Below, piece by piece: positions 1 to 11,261 of a stretch of DNA of 64,000 bases (its first letter is position 1; every line of letters begins with the position of its first letter). The translations under genes were made by a program, and so were the position numbers. The DNA is taken from contig NIVC01002545.1 in NCBI GenBank assembly GCA_002269645.1, positions 1 to 64,000 on the forward strand, read 5' to 3'. Source of the stretch: Macrostomum lignano. Its lineage: Eukaryota. The notes below the pieces were generated by a model. The model was not told the DNA's origin and made no database searches. It saw only the letters and a program-made list of their open reading frames with translations.

Positions 1-839
1 ATGTAAATAATCTTTGTTAGTTTCGTGCGTATTTGTCGACGAGCTTTTATCTCTAATTGATTGGCTCATTCATTTTAGAGTCGGTTGTGTAATTAACTAT
101 ATGACATTGTAATTTATTCTGTTATGTTATTTACCTTGAAATATGTTACTTCTCGTATATAAACGGCTTAACAACTTCAGAGTATATTTGTTGACTCAAG
201 TAGGCTGTTTATCTTATTCACCTAATCACTATTAAATTGTGATTAACAAAGTGTGATAAAAAGATACTTTTGGAGGATACGTTTGAAGTAAATTCAAGTA
301 TTTGTTTCAAGTATTTATTATCGATCAAATTTAGTTTGGCAAGATGCAGCCTGTAGTATTCATAGCAACGACTTGCCTCGATTGATCAGTGACAGCAGGC
401 TGACTTTGTATATCTCGTCGATTATTGGATGATTTTTCTTGCCGATTACCACGAAGTATTTGGTTTGTAACCAGATTTACAGGCAAGGAACTCGCTTGAA
501 GTACCTGCAGCGAAAATTGTTTGTTCGTTATTTTAGCTAAAACTGAATTAAAATTTAATGAAACTACACTCTACTTGCTACTATTAAGCGAAGCTACTGG
601 CTAATCAGTGAAGCTAAAGGACTACTATAAGCTGTTGTATAACAAGTCAAATCCAATAAATTAATGGAGTTTACCAGACTAGCTGTCACAACGCAGTTTC
701 CAATGTATAGCGTTAATATTGGATAAAATGTAGAGAACGACTGAAAAGGATTTCTCGTACTTTTATATATGATGCTAATTCGGTTTTTTATTATAAGGTT
801 TTTAAGTTGAAATCGTTGTTTCCTTACAGCCGGCTTCAA

Positions 840-3541
840 GGCGGATGCTTCGTCACCTGTTGTCATTGTAACTATTAGGTTAGGATTTACCACCAACGCG
901 GTGATGTAATGATTCAGGTCCAAGTCATGTACGCCTCGTTTTAATCGACTGGAGTAGGCCAGGTGAGCGAACAGGGGCACGAAGGACAGGCAGGATAGCA
1001 GATACAGCCAGCTGTGACGAATATGTCCAGAGTCAGCCACTGCGGTTGAGGGTCAGGAGATCAGACTTGTTAGCAATCTGTTTTACTGCTTACTTGTGCA
1101 ACAATCCAACGTGCGTCGGCGACTTCTATCGACGTCAGGATTACTGTTTGCTTTTGTAAGAGCCGAAAATGATTTGTTTTGGTTTGACAAGTCATAAGAA
1201 ATTCAAGTAATGATGTAGATAAGCAGAAATTACGAGTATTAAAAAAGCTCTAAGTCAGGTGTCAGCAAACTGTTTTGACTTTAGGGACAAGTATATAATC
1301 TAGCGCATGACTGCCGGCCAGAGAGAAGAGAGGGAATAGAGGAAAAAAAGGCAAAGAAGGAAGAATTAGGGTATAGAGCAGGTGGAAGAAGAGGGTGGAG
1401 AGAAGGGAAGAGAGAAGGGAGAGGAAGAAAGAGAGGAGAGGGAATAGAATAAAAAAGAGAGTTAACAGAGACACTACCCGTGAAGTTTCTCGGACCCGAA
1501 GGTCGGATAGAGGCTTCGCGGGCCGCATGTGTGATCCGCGGGTCGGAGTGTGCATGCCGACCCCTGTTGGAAGTGGTCAGAGCAGTTCAGCTATACTTTG
1601 GACAGTACACAACGTTTTGGAACCTTCCCGTGCGAAATTTCTTACCGACATCGCTGACATCGGTTTGCTGAGCGCACTTGGAAAGACGAAGAACGCTTTT
1701 GTGCCACAGTTGCTCCAGAAAGTGAATGTGCGAAAAAAATTCCTTGACAGGAAGACGTGCTAAATGGCTTTGCCATTGAGACGTGTTAAAGAGATGCTGT
1801 TTAACAAAAATAGCTACTCACAATAGCCACGAGTGTTCGCTTTCGGCAGCCGAAGCCGAAGCCAGTAGATGTGACGCAATTAACTAGAAAGTGGATCGCC
1901 GAGTACGTGAAGCTTCCAACAACGATACCTATGATACTGTTGGTCACATTGGGACACCTGGCGTAGGTAAAAGAGATTACTTATCAGGTTTACTTGCCTT
2001 CCTAGCTGTTTAAAAAGTATCTGAAAGAGGCCAGATTCCGAGAATTCGGCAATCCAGAAGGCGAGCTATTCAAAATCTAATCCTAAAAATTTCCTGCAAA
2101 AATGGTCCTGCTTCAGCTGACCAAGAAGTCAAAACACTGCTTATGTTATTTAACAGACCGCATTGCAGCCTCACATCATGTCGAACGTGACATCATGTCG
2201 GTCCTGATGCTGTCGCACGAACTCGCCGATGGCGGATCTGCTCAAGGCGAATCCCACGCAGACGGTGATGAGGCCGGTCAGGCTGATCGTCAGACCCACA
2301 GCTCCCAGGGCTGAGATTTGGCTCAGCAAAATACGGCACGTACTGCTGTGGTGAGCTGGAATTGTGTTTGAATCGTATTATGTACGAAAAATTAAATAAA
2401 TACAACCTTGAGCTTAAACTTCGATTCAATTGTTGAGTTAGGGCTCTTTTTTCAAAACCGACGTTCTGTTTTTTGGAGTCCATTAGTCATATCCACGAAT
2501 TCAGACTCCTCAAATTCCAAGTGATGCATCTTTAGGTGATATTTCAGAGTTACGTGTGATGATATTTTTTCAAAGAACCACTAGTATAGAAATAAGTCTA
2601 ATACCCGTGCACTTGACATCCTCACAGATGGTTGACAAGGCGGGCAGTAGGGGAGGTGGCGTGGTGCAGGGCAGATCAAAGAGCAGCAGAGGGCCGATCG
2701 AGCTGCGGAAAGTGGCGGGCGGAAGACTCGCGTCTTCTTCTCATGCGGAACTTTGCGTTCCGCACTTCTCAGGCGGTCAGATGGTTGGAGACTCTAACAC
2801 GCCTGGAAGAAGGCGCTAATTTACATGGATAACAAGAGCGGGCTGCATATGATCAGCGGCAGAGGTAGAAATCCGTTAGGTAGCAAAATCCGTAAAGAGC
2901 TTAGTAAGAAGCTGGTCCAAACTGTTCACCAATTCATCCTGAAGTGGATTCCCAGCCGTTGTGGTATTGAAGGCAATGAGGAGGCCGGATGTGCTGGCGG
3001 GCGAGTCGGCAAAGGAGAACGAGCAGAGAGAGAGGCTAAAGTGCTGGCGAGCGCGGGAAGAGAAGTTCCTGGTTCAGCAGTGGCATCCAGGATGTTTGTG
3101 AACACCCTTGTCATCGTAATTGTAGACGTCGGGTGAACGTCGCTGTAGTGTAACAGTAATAATTTGCTAGTCACATCGATATGTCGGATTGCTGTAGGGT
3201 TCTAGTCTTTAATTATTGTCATGTAAAGTGACATACGCCAGCATGCTGACAGCCGCAATTGCCTTTTGTCGATACCGAAGAATACTGTACATATGTTACA
3301 TGTGTAACCACAAGAGCATCGGCAACTCACACTGACCTTCACCAGTCACCATCGTTTTAGCATTCTGTCGTTGTCTAGAACCGTTGTTGCAGTCTTCAAC
3401 AACGTCACGTTCGGGCTCGTGGGTTGGCGATGGCGGCTCACAAGTGCTTTGAATGTAGGCCCGCTGCCGGTTCTGCAGCTCCGTCAGCATGTCGTTCGGA
3501 GGCCCCGGCATTTTGGTAGGCGCACAGCCAGAGAATGCCAT
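840..3541 (-). CDS. Possible multi-exon gene for an uncharacterised membrane protein (exon-like fragments only; model not resolved)
   Basis: GC3-rich exon-like segments bounded by splice signals: 1039-891 (ctgac..cgcag acceptor, gtaaat donor; WLYLLSCLSFVPLFAHLAY hydrophobic helix), ~1740-1645 (FSHIHFLEQLWHKSVLRLSKCAQQTDVSDV then gtaaga), ~2320-2180 (ALGAVGLTISLTGLITVCVGFALS helix then gtgagg) and ATG-initiated ORF 3541-3296. No family recognised. Confidence 0.3.
2600..3050 (+). mobile_element. Degenerate RNase H domain of a non-LTR retrotransposon
   Basis: All RNase H motifs appear in order across frameshifts: ILTDG (TDG at 2624-2632), GGGVV...AGGRLASSSHAEL (AEL 2745-2753), IYMDNKSGL (D 2828), NPLGSKIRKEL, FILKWIPSRCGIEGNEEA (W 2945), then after a 1-nt shift DVLAGESAKE. 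Confidence 0.75.
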
Positions 3542-3879
3542 GTGAGGAGCTCTTTACCGTGCCGTTCTTATAAAGGACTTACCGCGTGCAGTGTTATTCC
3601 AGTAAAATTAAGGCGGTTTAAGATCTTCATGAATAATTCATTAAGGTTGACGGCAATGAGGGTAAAATCAACTACTGCACTTCATGTTTTTCAACGTCGG
3701 TTTGTGTACTGGGCAGTGAGCGGTATGGTGGAGCCTATAAATAGTTAAACACTCCTTGTTCGCCCGTTCAAATTATTTTACAAAGACGCTCTATTTAGAA
3801 AGGCATTCGCTGAAGCTGATCATGCTGAGAAACACAATACAGAATTTCTGAGAATCAGAACTACAAAACACCAAAACAG

Positions 3880-4061
<182 letters not shown>

Positions 4062-4979
4062 TTAGAAGGCCCAAAACAGGCGATAGTTGTAGTAGGCTTG
4101 TTCCCATCGTAGTTAATCTCGAAAAATTAAAATTAAAGTTAATCAGCTAATAGTCAGTTAATTCTAAGTGTGGAATGAGTTTTATTATTTAATAAGCTTG
4201 ATAACCCATCTCTTCTAAGTTCGGGCAGCGCTTCAACAAAGAGTGCTGTAAAAATCAACGTGTATTTGAGTGAAATTTCATGTTATAATAATCGCAAAAG
4301 TAGAATGAACACAAACTATCGTAAAGCATAAAAGTGTCAGCCGAAAAGTTAAAAAAACTACAGAAAGAGCTATAAAAAAATGAACATCAAGCTAAAACCT
4401 TCGTCGAGTTGACTAAAAATGAATAAAACTGCTGATGATTTGCGAGGTAGCAAATAAAAAATACTTTAAACAAAATCCTTGATTAAAAAGTTAAATATTG
4501 ATTCTACAACCTTTTTGAAACGGAATAACTATCATTTGCATCGGCATTGATACTACAGTATGCAATGCACAAATATGAGCGCAAAATTTATATTAAAAAT
4601 AACAGCAAAAATATGTAAAGTTAGATATTGAAAAGCAATAATACTTTGACAGTATATGTTTCAAGCAGATTAAAAAAAAATCTAAATTTTTAAATTAAAA
4701 AAAAACAACCTCGAATTTTGTGAATAACTGCGAATGAGAAAATAGCATTAATCAAATACAATATTCAACTTTCTTGTTTTCCGGAGCGTGTGCATTTTTA
4801 TCTACAGCTAACGGATGAGCTACCCAATTATAAAAATATTTAAGTAGCTTTATCTATACATATAGATAGCCTTAAGTTTTATTCCTAAACTACTTTAATA
4901 CTTTAGTATTAAAACAACAATAAATTTTGTCAAGCTATATGTAGACTGTACTAACCCGCTACAACGCGGATGTCCAAGC

Positions 4980-7900
4980 TTAATCAATATCAGATCGCAA
5001 CTCAGGCTCGTTGGCCTCTGGCTTCGGCTGAACCATTGGTGGCAGCATCAATCCATCATCATCTTCAGCAGCAGCAGCGATGGTGACACTTCGAGTCTCC
5101 TTCGGGACAACGCATTGAAAAACATCCCAAGCAGGTGGCAGCTTTCCTTCAGTGAAAAGTCGGTGAGTCATGTAGCTCACTAGAGCGGACGAAGCCAACG
5201 AAGCCAGCATGCTGAATGTTTTAACGGGAAATCGTTGATAAAATTCGCTGCCGTCAACAAAGCCGGGATAGTGGAACAGAGCGGGCAGGAAGATCAGCGC
5301 CTCGCCGGCCGATATTCTCAGAAACATCCCGGTGACGTAACCGGCCAAACTGCCGTACGTGTTGGACCAGTCTAGGTAGATAACAGAGATCAGCTGCGGG
5401 AACAGGACTACATAGACAAGATCCGAACAGAGGAACCACAAGCCGTAGATTGTCGAGATCTGGATGGCTAAGATGCAAGCAATGATGCCAACAACTACAA
5501 TGGCTGCCCGCATCGACCAGATGACGTGGCGGTCAGTTGCCGTCTGCCAAAAAATCGGCTTCATCACATTGCGAGCGAACATGGAAGCGGCAGAGAGGAT
5601 CGAGCTGTCCGCTGAGGACATCACGGCGGCGGAGACGACGCCCAAGCCGACAAAAGCGACGGCCGGCGGGCAGAGGTACTGCAGGACTAGCGGCAGAATC
5701 AGCTTCATGTCGTCTTTGCTAAATGGCGTCGACTGGGTCAGGTTGAAGTAGGCTGTGCTCTCCCAGTCTGGCAGTGGGGCAGGGGAATGTGTTGGACAAG
5801 GCTAATGATATCACATGAACAGTACCATGCGCATGTTACCAGTTTGTAAGATGGAATAGGGGCATTTGTTGGGGGGACGTATCCTAGTGGTCTGGTGCGG
5901 TGCTCCATGTGCCAGCGGCCCAGGCTCGATTCCAAGTGCAGTCACGTTAATTTCGGACTAAATTGGAATCTCGGCTCGGGTCTGCTAGTGCAATTTACGA
6001 AGATGAATAAAGTTAGGGCCGCTGTACACTCCTGTATGAGTGTGTGCCTGTGCGTATGACTGCGTCAAAAGACGTTGCATCAGGGTCAGTGTGATATTTG
6101 ATGTGGTGGAGAAATCATCAGCGCGCGGCACAGAGAGAGCTCTCTTACCTGTTGAAGCTGCCACAGCTCCAATTAGAACGGATGGCAGAGCCATCACCAA
6201 GCATCCAAAGGCGGCAATGTACGACAATAACTGAGCATTTCGAGCCGTCTTGGCCGACAGAACGCGTTGAAAATACACCTGCCAGGGTATGCCGCCAAAG
6301 GTGAGCATCAAAAAATTATCGGCGTAGTAAGCGGCATCCTGAGGTGCCACGGTGCCCAGCCAGCCGGTCTGTTCGGTGCCGTTCACAACCCGAGTGAGCG
6401 CTGTGGTTGCGATGGGCTGCACCAGCGGGTTCATCATGGCGAACGGAATGGAGAGCCACTGATGAGGATAAAGTGTGAATAGGTTGGCTCTCAATCAGCA
6501 AGCTTTCAATGTATCATTCTATTCAATTTAAGCATCTGACTAGTACCCCTGGTTTTATTCCGTGTGCGGCAACATTCATTTGGGTCTTGCTTGTGCCAGA
6601 AAATATTTCTGGGGGGTTGTCCTGTGATTCACAACCATGAGGGCCAACCCCCAAGGCACAGCAGTGAGTATACATGTCTGACGATTAGAAAATCAATTAG
6701 GGCCCGTTGTACACCCTGTGTGAGCGTGTGTATGAGTGCGTGTCTGTGTACGACACTGGCTCACTTGTAAATGTTCTCAAGAGTTAGCTGAATGAGCAGG
6801 ATTCACTGGAAGATGTTATCGAAGGCTCTGCACAAGGCTGCCCAGTGAAGGTTAAACTGTTAAACATCATGTATCACGTGCAGGACGCACTTTAGGCAAT
6901 CACACTTGCAGGCACACTTGGAGACACATCCAGGTGACACCTTTAGGTAAAACGTCAAGCAGACGCCGAAGCAATCATTTACCAGTCCAATAAATATGCA
7001 GAACAGCTGCACAACGTCTGTGTAAGCCACCGAGTAGAGACCTCCAAACAGAGTGTAGCCGAGTGCGATGCAGGCTGACACAATCACAGCGTGAGTGTTG
7101 TCCATGTTTAGTATCACTTTGAGTGTGGCGCCTGCGTTTTGAATAAATTCAGAAACGAATTTTAATCTCCTGTTATGGTTAAAGTTGCATCTGAATCAAG
7201 CATAAAACCCGCAATCTGGAGTGTCAGATGTAAATTTAATTGACACTTCATTGAGATGCCTAAGTTTTACTTCGACTCTGGGACCGTTCGCGTCGCCACA
7301 TGATTTTTGCCTAGTTCGAATGTAAACAAGGGCCTCAGACGGCCCGCGAAGCCTCTCTATCCGGCACTCGTGTCCTTTGAAAATTCACATAGTAGGCTGC
7401 CCTGACAACTCAATGCTCATTTAGGTAGGTAGATACACCTTGCACCTCTCGCTATTAATGAGGCTCACCCAGTGCGGACAGAATCGCAGCCGACCAGAAA
7501 ACTTCGCCAAGCAGAGCCGGCACAAACAGCAGGCCGCACATTCTCTCGCCGTACTTGTACTGGAACGGGTCCAGCATGGTCACGTAGCCCCTGGTGCGCA
7601 TCTGGTTCGCGAAGAACAGCCCGCCTAGGTGTGAGAGCGATTGTGGCTGGTATTATTAAGCTGAGGATCTGGGAGGCTGGCCCAGCAACTGAAGATCTGG
7701 GAGGCTGGCCCAGCAACTGAGGATCTGCTAGGCTGGCCCAGCAACTGGGGATCTGCTAGGCTGGCCCAGCAACTGAGGATCTGGGAGGCTGGCCCAGCAA
7801 CTGAGGATCTGACAGGGCTGGCCCAGCAACTGAGGATCTGGGAGGCTAGCCCAGCAACTGAGGATCTGGGAGGCTGGCCCAGCAACTGAGGATCTGGGAG

Positions 7901-9116
7901 GCTGGCCCAGCAACTGAGGATCTGACAGGGCTGGCCCAGCAACTGAGGATCTGGGAGGCTGGCCCAGCAACTGAGGATCTGGGAGGCTGGCCCAGCAACT
8001 GAGGATCTGGGAGGCTGGCCCAGCAACTGAGGATCTGACAGGGCTGGCCCAGCAACTGAGGATCTGACAGGGCTGGCCCAGCAACTGAGGATCTGGGAGG
8101 CTGGCCCAGCAACTGAGGATCTGGGAGGCTGGCCCAGCAACTGAGGATCTGACAGGGCTGGCCCAGCAACTGAGGATCTGGGAGGCTGGCCCAGCAACTG
8201 AGGATCTGGGAGGCTGGCCCAGCAACTGAGGATCTGACAGGGCTGGCCCAGCAACTGAGGATCTGGGAGGCTGGCCCAGCAACTCAGTTAAAAGAAGCGC
8301 GTCATATACTTATCATTTAGTCTAATTAATTTATAAATTATGCACTTTACTCGCAAAAGTCTACTTTAAGTAGTTGGTGCAAATAGTGCGCACAAAATCT
8401 ACAAGAATTGTTACAAACCGAAGACCAGGCTGAAAGCGTAGCCAAACGGAGCCTGAGCACCAACCAGCCCGATGGCCGGGTTGAACACCGTCTCTGCCGT
8501 GCCGTTGATGTAGCCTCCGCCAACCCAGGTGGCTGTGCGTGTTGGAATGGGAAAGTTGTGGAGCAATTGTCATTATCAGTGGCTTATTTATATGTATGGA
8601 CTACTAGCTACTTTTACAGGAAATTGTGCTGGCGCCCCTTGGTGCTGGCGCCCCTTGGTGCTGGCGCCCCTTGGTGCTGGCGCCCCTTGGTGCTGGCGCC
8701 CCTTGGTGCTGGCGCCCCTTGGTGCTGGCGCCCCTTGGTGCTGGCGCCCCTTGGTGCTGGCGCCCCTTGGTCCATATCTCTTGAAGCACATATTCAAATC
8801 TCTTGCAATTGGTGTCATTTTAAAGAAGAGACTTGCCGCTTTCAAATGACACCAAACTCATGCAAGTGCAACTTTCCATACGTCCACACCGAGTAATAGT
8901 AACACTACTTTCCGGACGCCCCTCGTAGATCTGTGACTCACCAGTCATCGTGAAGATTCCCACGGTCAGCCCGATGCTCCTGTCAGCCACCATGACCTCT
9001 TCGCTGTCGCCGCGGTTCTTGCTCCTTCGTCCAGCCCAGATGCCCACAGCTAGAATGAGCAGATAGAACAGCAGCACGGATACCAGTCCAATAATGTTCA
9101 CATTCTCTAAAACCAT
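4980..9116 (-). CDS. SLC5A7: High-affinity choline transporter (sodium:solute symporter family), 6 coding exons, 563 aa
   Basis: Exons 9116-8942, 8532-8419, 7624-7469, 7131-6983, 6458-6149, 5767-4980; all GT-AG with matching phases (1692 nt). Diagnostic CHT1 motifs: [106 protein letters not shown]. Confidence 0.95.
7661..8285 (-). repeat. 29-nt minisatellite (cagatcctcagttgctgggccagcctccc) in SLC5A7 intron 2
   Basis: About 21 tandem units; the same unit occurs at 30236-32900 and 59038-59595. Confidence 0.95.
8626..8771. repeat. 16-nt minisatellite (tggtgctggcgcccct) in SLC5A7 intron 1
   Basis: About 9 perfect tandem units. Confidence 0.95.
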
Positions 9117-9619
9117 TGCAGAAAAATTACTCGACTGGATTAAACTGGAACGCCGCCGGCAAGTGAGGAAGACAGATCCAGTTTAGCAAGAATCTGCCTT
9201 GAGCAAGGGATCGAGCTCAAAGGACACGGGCCTCTGCTATAAAGAAATCTGCGCCGCCGCTCCTTCAAGTGCAGCCAGTTTTTTCCGTTACTTTCTCTTG
9301 CCCGAGTTCGGACCGCTCACTCACTGAGCGGAGAGAGAGAGAGAGAGAGAGAGGAGGGAAGGAGAGAGAAGCTCGGTCTTGTGTGTTGTACATGACTGCT
9401 GGAGCAATATACGGACAGAGTCTGAGTCGGCCAATTACTACCGTTGAGAAAGACTCCCTAATAAGGAAACAGGAGCATGTAGGCTTATATTAAATTATCT
9501 ATACATTGTAGCTCATCCCAGAAAACGATGTGTCTAAGTGCCAGTGCCAGGATAAGTCACTGTTCACTTGTTACGTTAACACTTATGTTATGCATATAAT
9601 ATGATATATGTTATTAATG

Positions 9620-10873
9620 GGTGACATTCAGTGTCTAACAGGCGACACCCAGTTTCTAACAGGTGACATTCAGTGTCTAACAGGCGACACCCAGTGTCTA
9701 ACAGGTAACACCCAGTGTCTAACAGGTGCATTCAGTGTCTAACAGGCGACACTCAGTGTCTAACAGGCGACACCCAGTGTCTAACAGGTGACACCCAGTG
9801 TCTAACAGGTGCATTCAGTGTCTAACAGGCGACACTCAGTGTCTAACAGGCGACACCCAGTGTCTAACAGGTGACACCCAGTGTCTAACAGGTGCATTCA
9901 GTGTCTAACAGGCGACACTCAGTGTCTAACAGGCGACACCCAGTGTCTAACAGGTGACACCCAGTGTCTAACAGGTGCATTCAGTGTCTAACAGGCGACA
10001 CTCAGTGTCTAACAGGCGACACCCAGTGTCTAACAGGTGACACCCAGTGTCTAACAGGTGCATTCAGTGTCTTACAGGTGACACCCAGTGTCTAACAGGC
10101 GACACTCAGTGTCTAACAGGCGACACCCAGTGTCTAACAGGTGACACTCAGTTTCTAACAGGTGACATTCAGTGTCTAACAGGTGAAATTCAGTGTCTAA
10201 CAGGTGACATTCAGTGTCTAACAGGTGAAATTCAGTGTCTAACAGGTGACATTCAGTGTCTAACAGGCGACACCCAGTGTCTAACAGGCGACACCCAGTG
10301 TCTAACAGGTGACACTCAGTGTCGAACAGGTGACACTCAGTGTCGAACAGGTGACACCCAGTGTCTAACAGGTGACACCCAGTGTCTAACAGGTGACACC
10401 CAGTGTCTAACAGGCGACACCCAGTGTCTAACAGGCGACACCCAGTGTCTAACAGGTGACACCCAGTGTCTAACAGGCGACACCAAGTTTCTAGCAGGTG
10501 ACATTTATTGTCAAACAGGTGACACCCAGTGTCTAACAGGTGCATCCAGTGTCTAACAGGTGACACCCAGTGTCTAACAGGTGACACCCAGTGTCTAACA
10601 GGCGACATTCAGTGTCTAACAGGCGACACCCAGTGTCTAACAGGCGACACCAAGTTTCTAGCAGGTGACATTTATTGTCTAACAGGTGACACCCAGTGTC
10701 TAACAGGTGCATTCAGTGTCTAACAGGCGACACTCAGTTTCTAACAGGTGACATTCAGTGTCTAACAGGTGCATCCAGTGTCTAACAGGCGAGACCCAGT
10801 GTCTAACAGGCGACACTCAGTTTCTGACAGGTGACATTCAGTGTCTAACAAGCGAAACCAGTCTAACAGGTGC
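9620..10873. repeat. 21-nt minisatellite (cagtgtctaacaggtgacacc), intergenic
   Basis: About 60 units with 20-nt variants; explains the QCLTGDT repeat ORFs. Confidence 0.95.
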
Positions 10874-11261
10874 CTTGAAAATTTAGTCATATTAACGCTT
10901 CAAAAATTTGTTCAAGTTAAAACTGAAGCTAAAAAGCAATTAACAATGGTTAAACTGAAGCCAAAAAGAATCCAGAAATTTATTGCGCACCAAAACAAAT
11001 TTTTAATTGCACGGTTTTAAAACAACGGTATGAAAATAGGCATTTTTATAAATAAAAATCATAACAAATTTAAAATGCACTTATTACAGATAAAGACAAC
11101 TAAAAAGTTCAAATAAATATCCTGGCCACTTACTGACAGTAGCAAAGCTCGAGCATTTCAATAGTTTTGTCTAGGAGCAGCTGATGCTGCAAAGAATCAA
11201 AGTTAAAAAATACTATTTTCGATACATATCGGTGCATTTGAAAATAGCGCATTAGCCGCTG

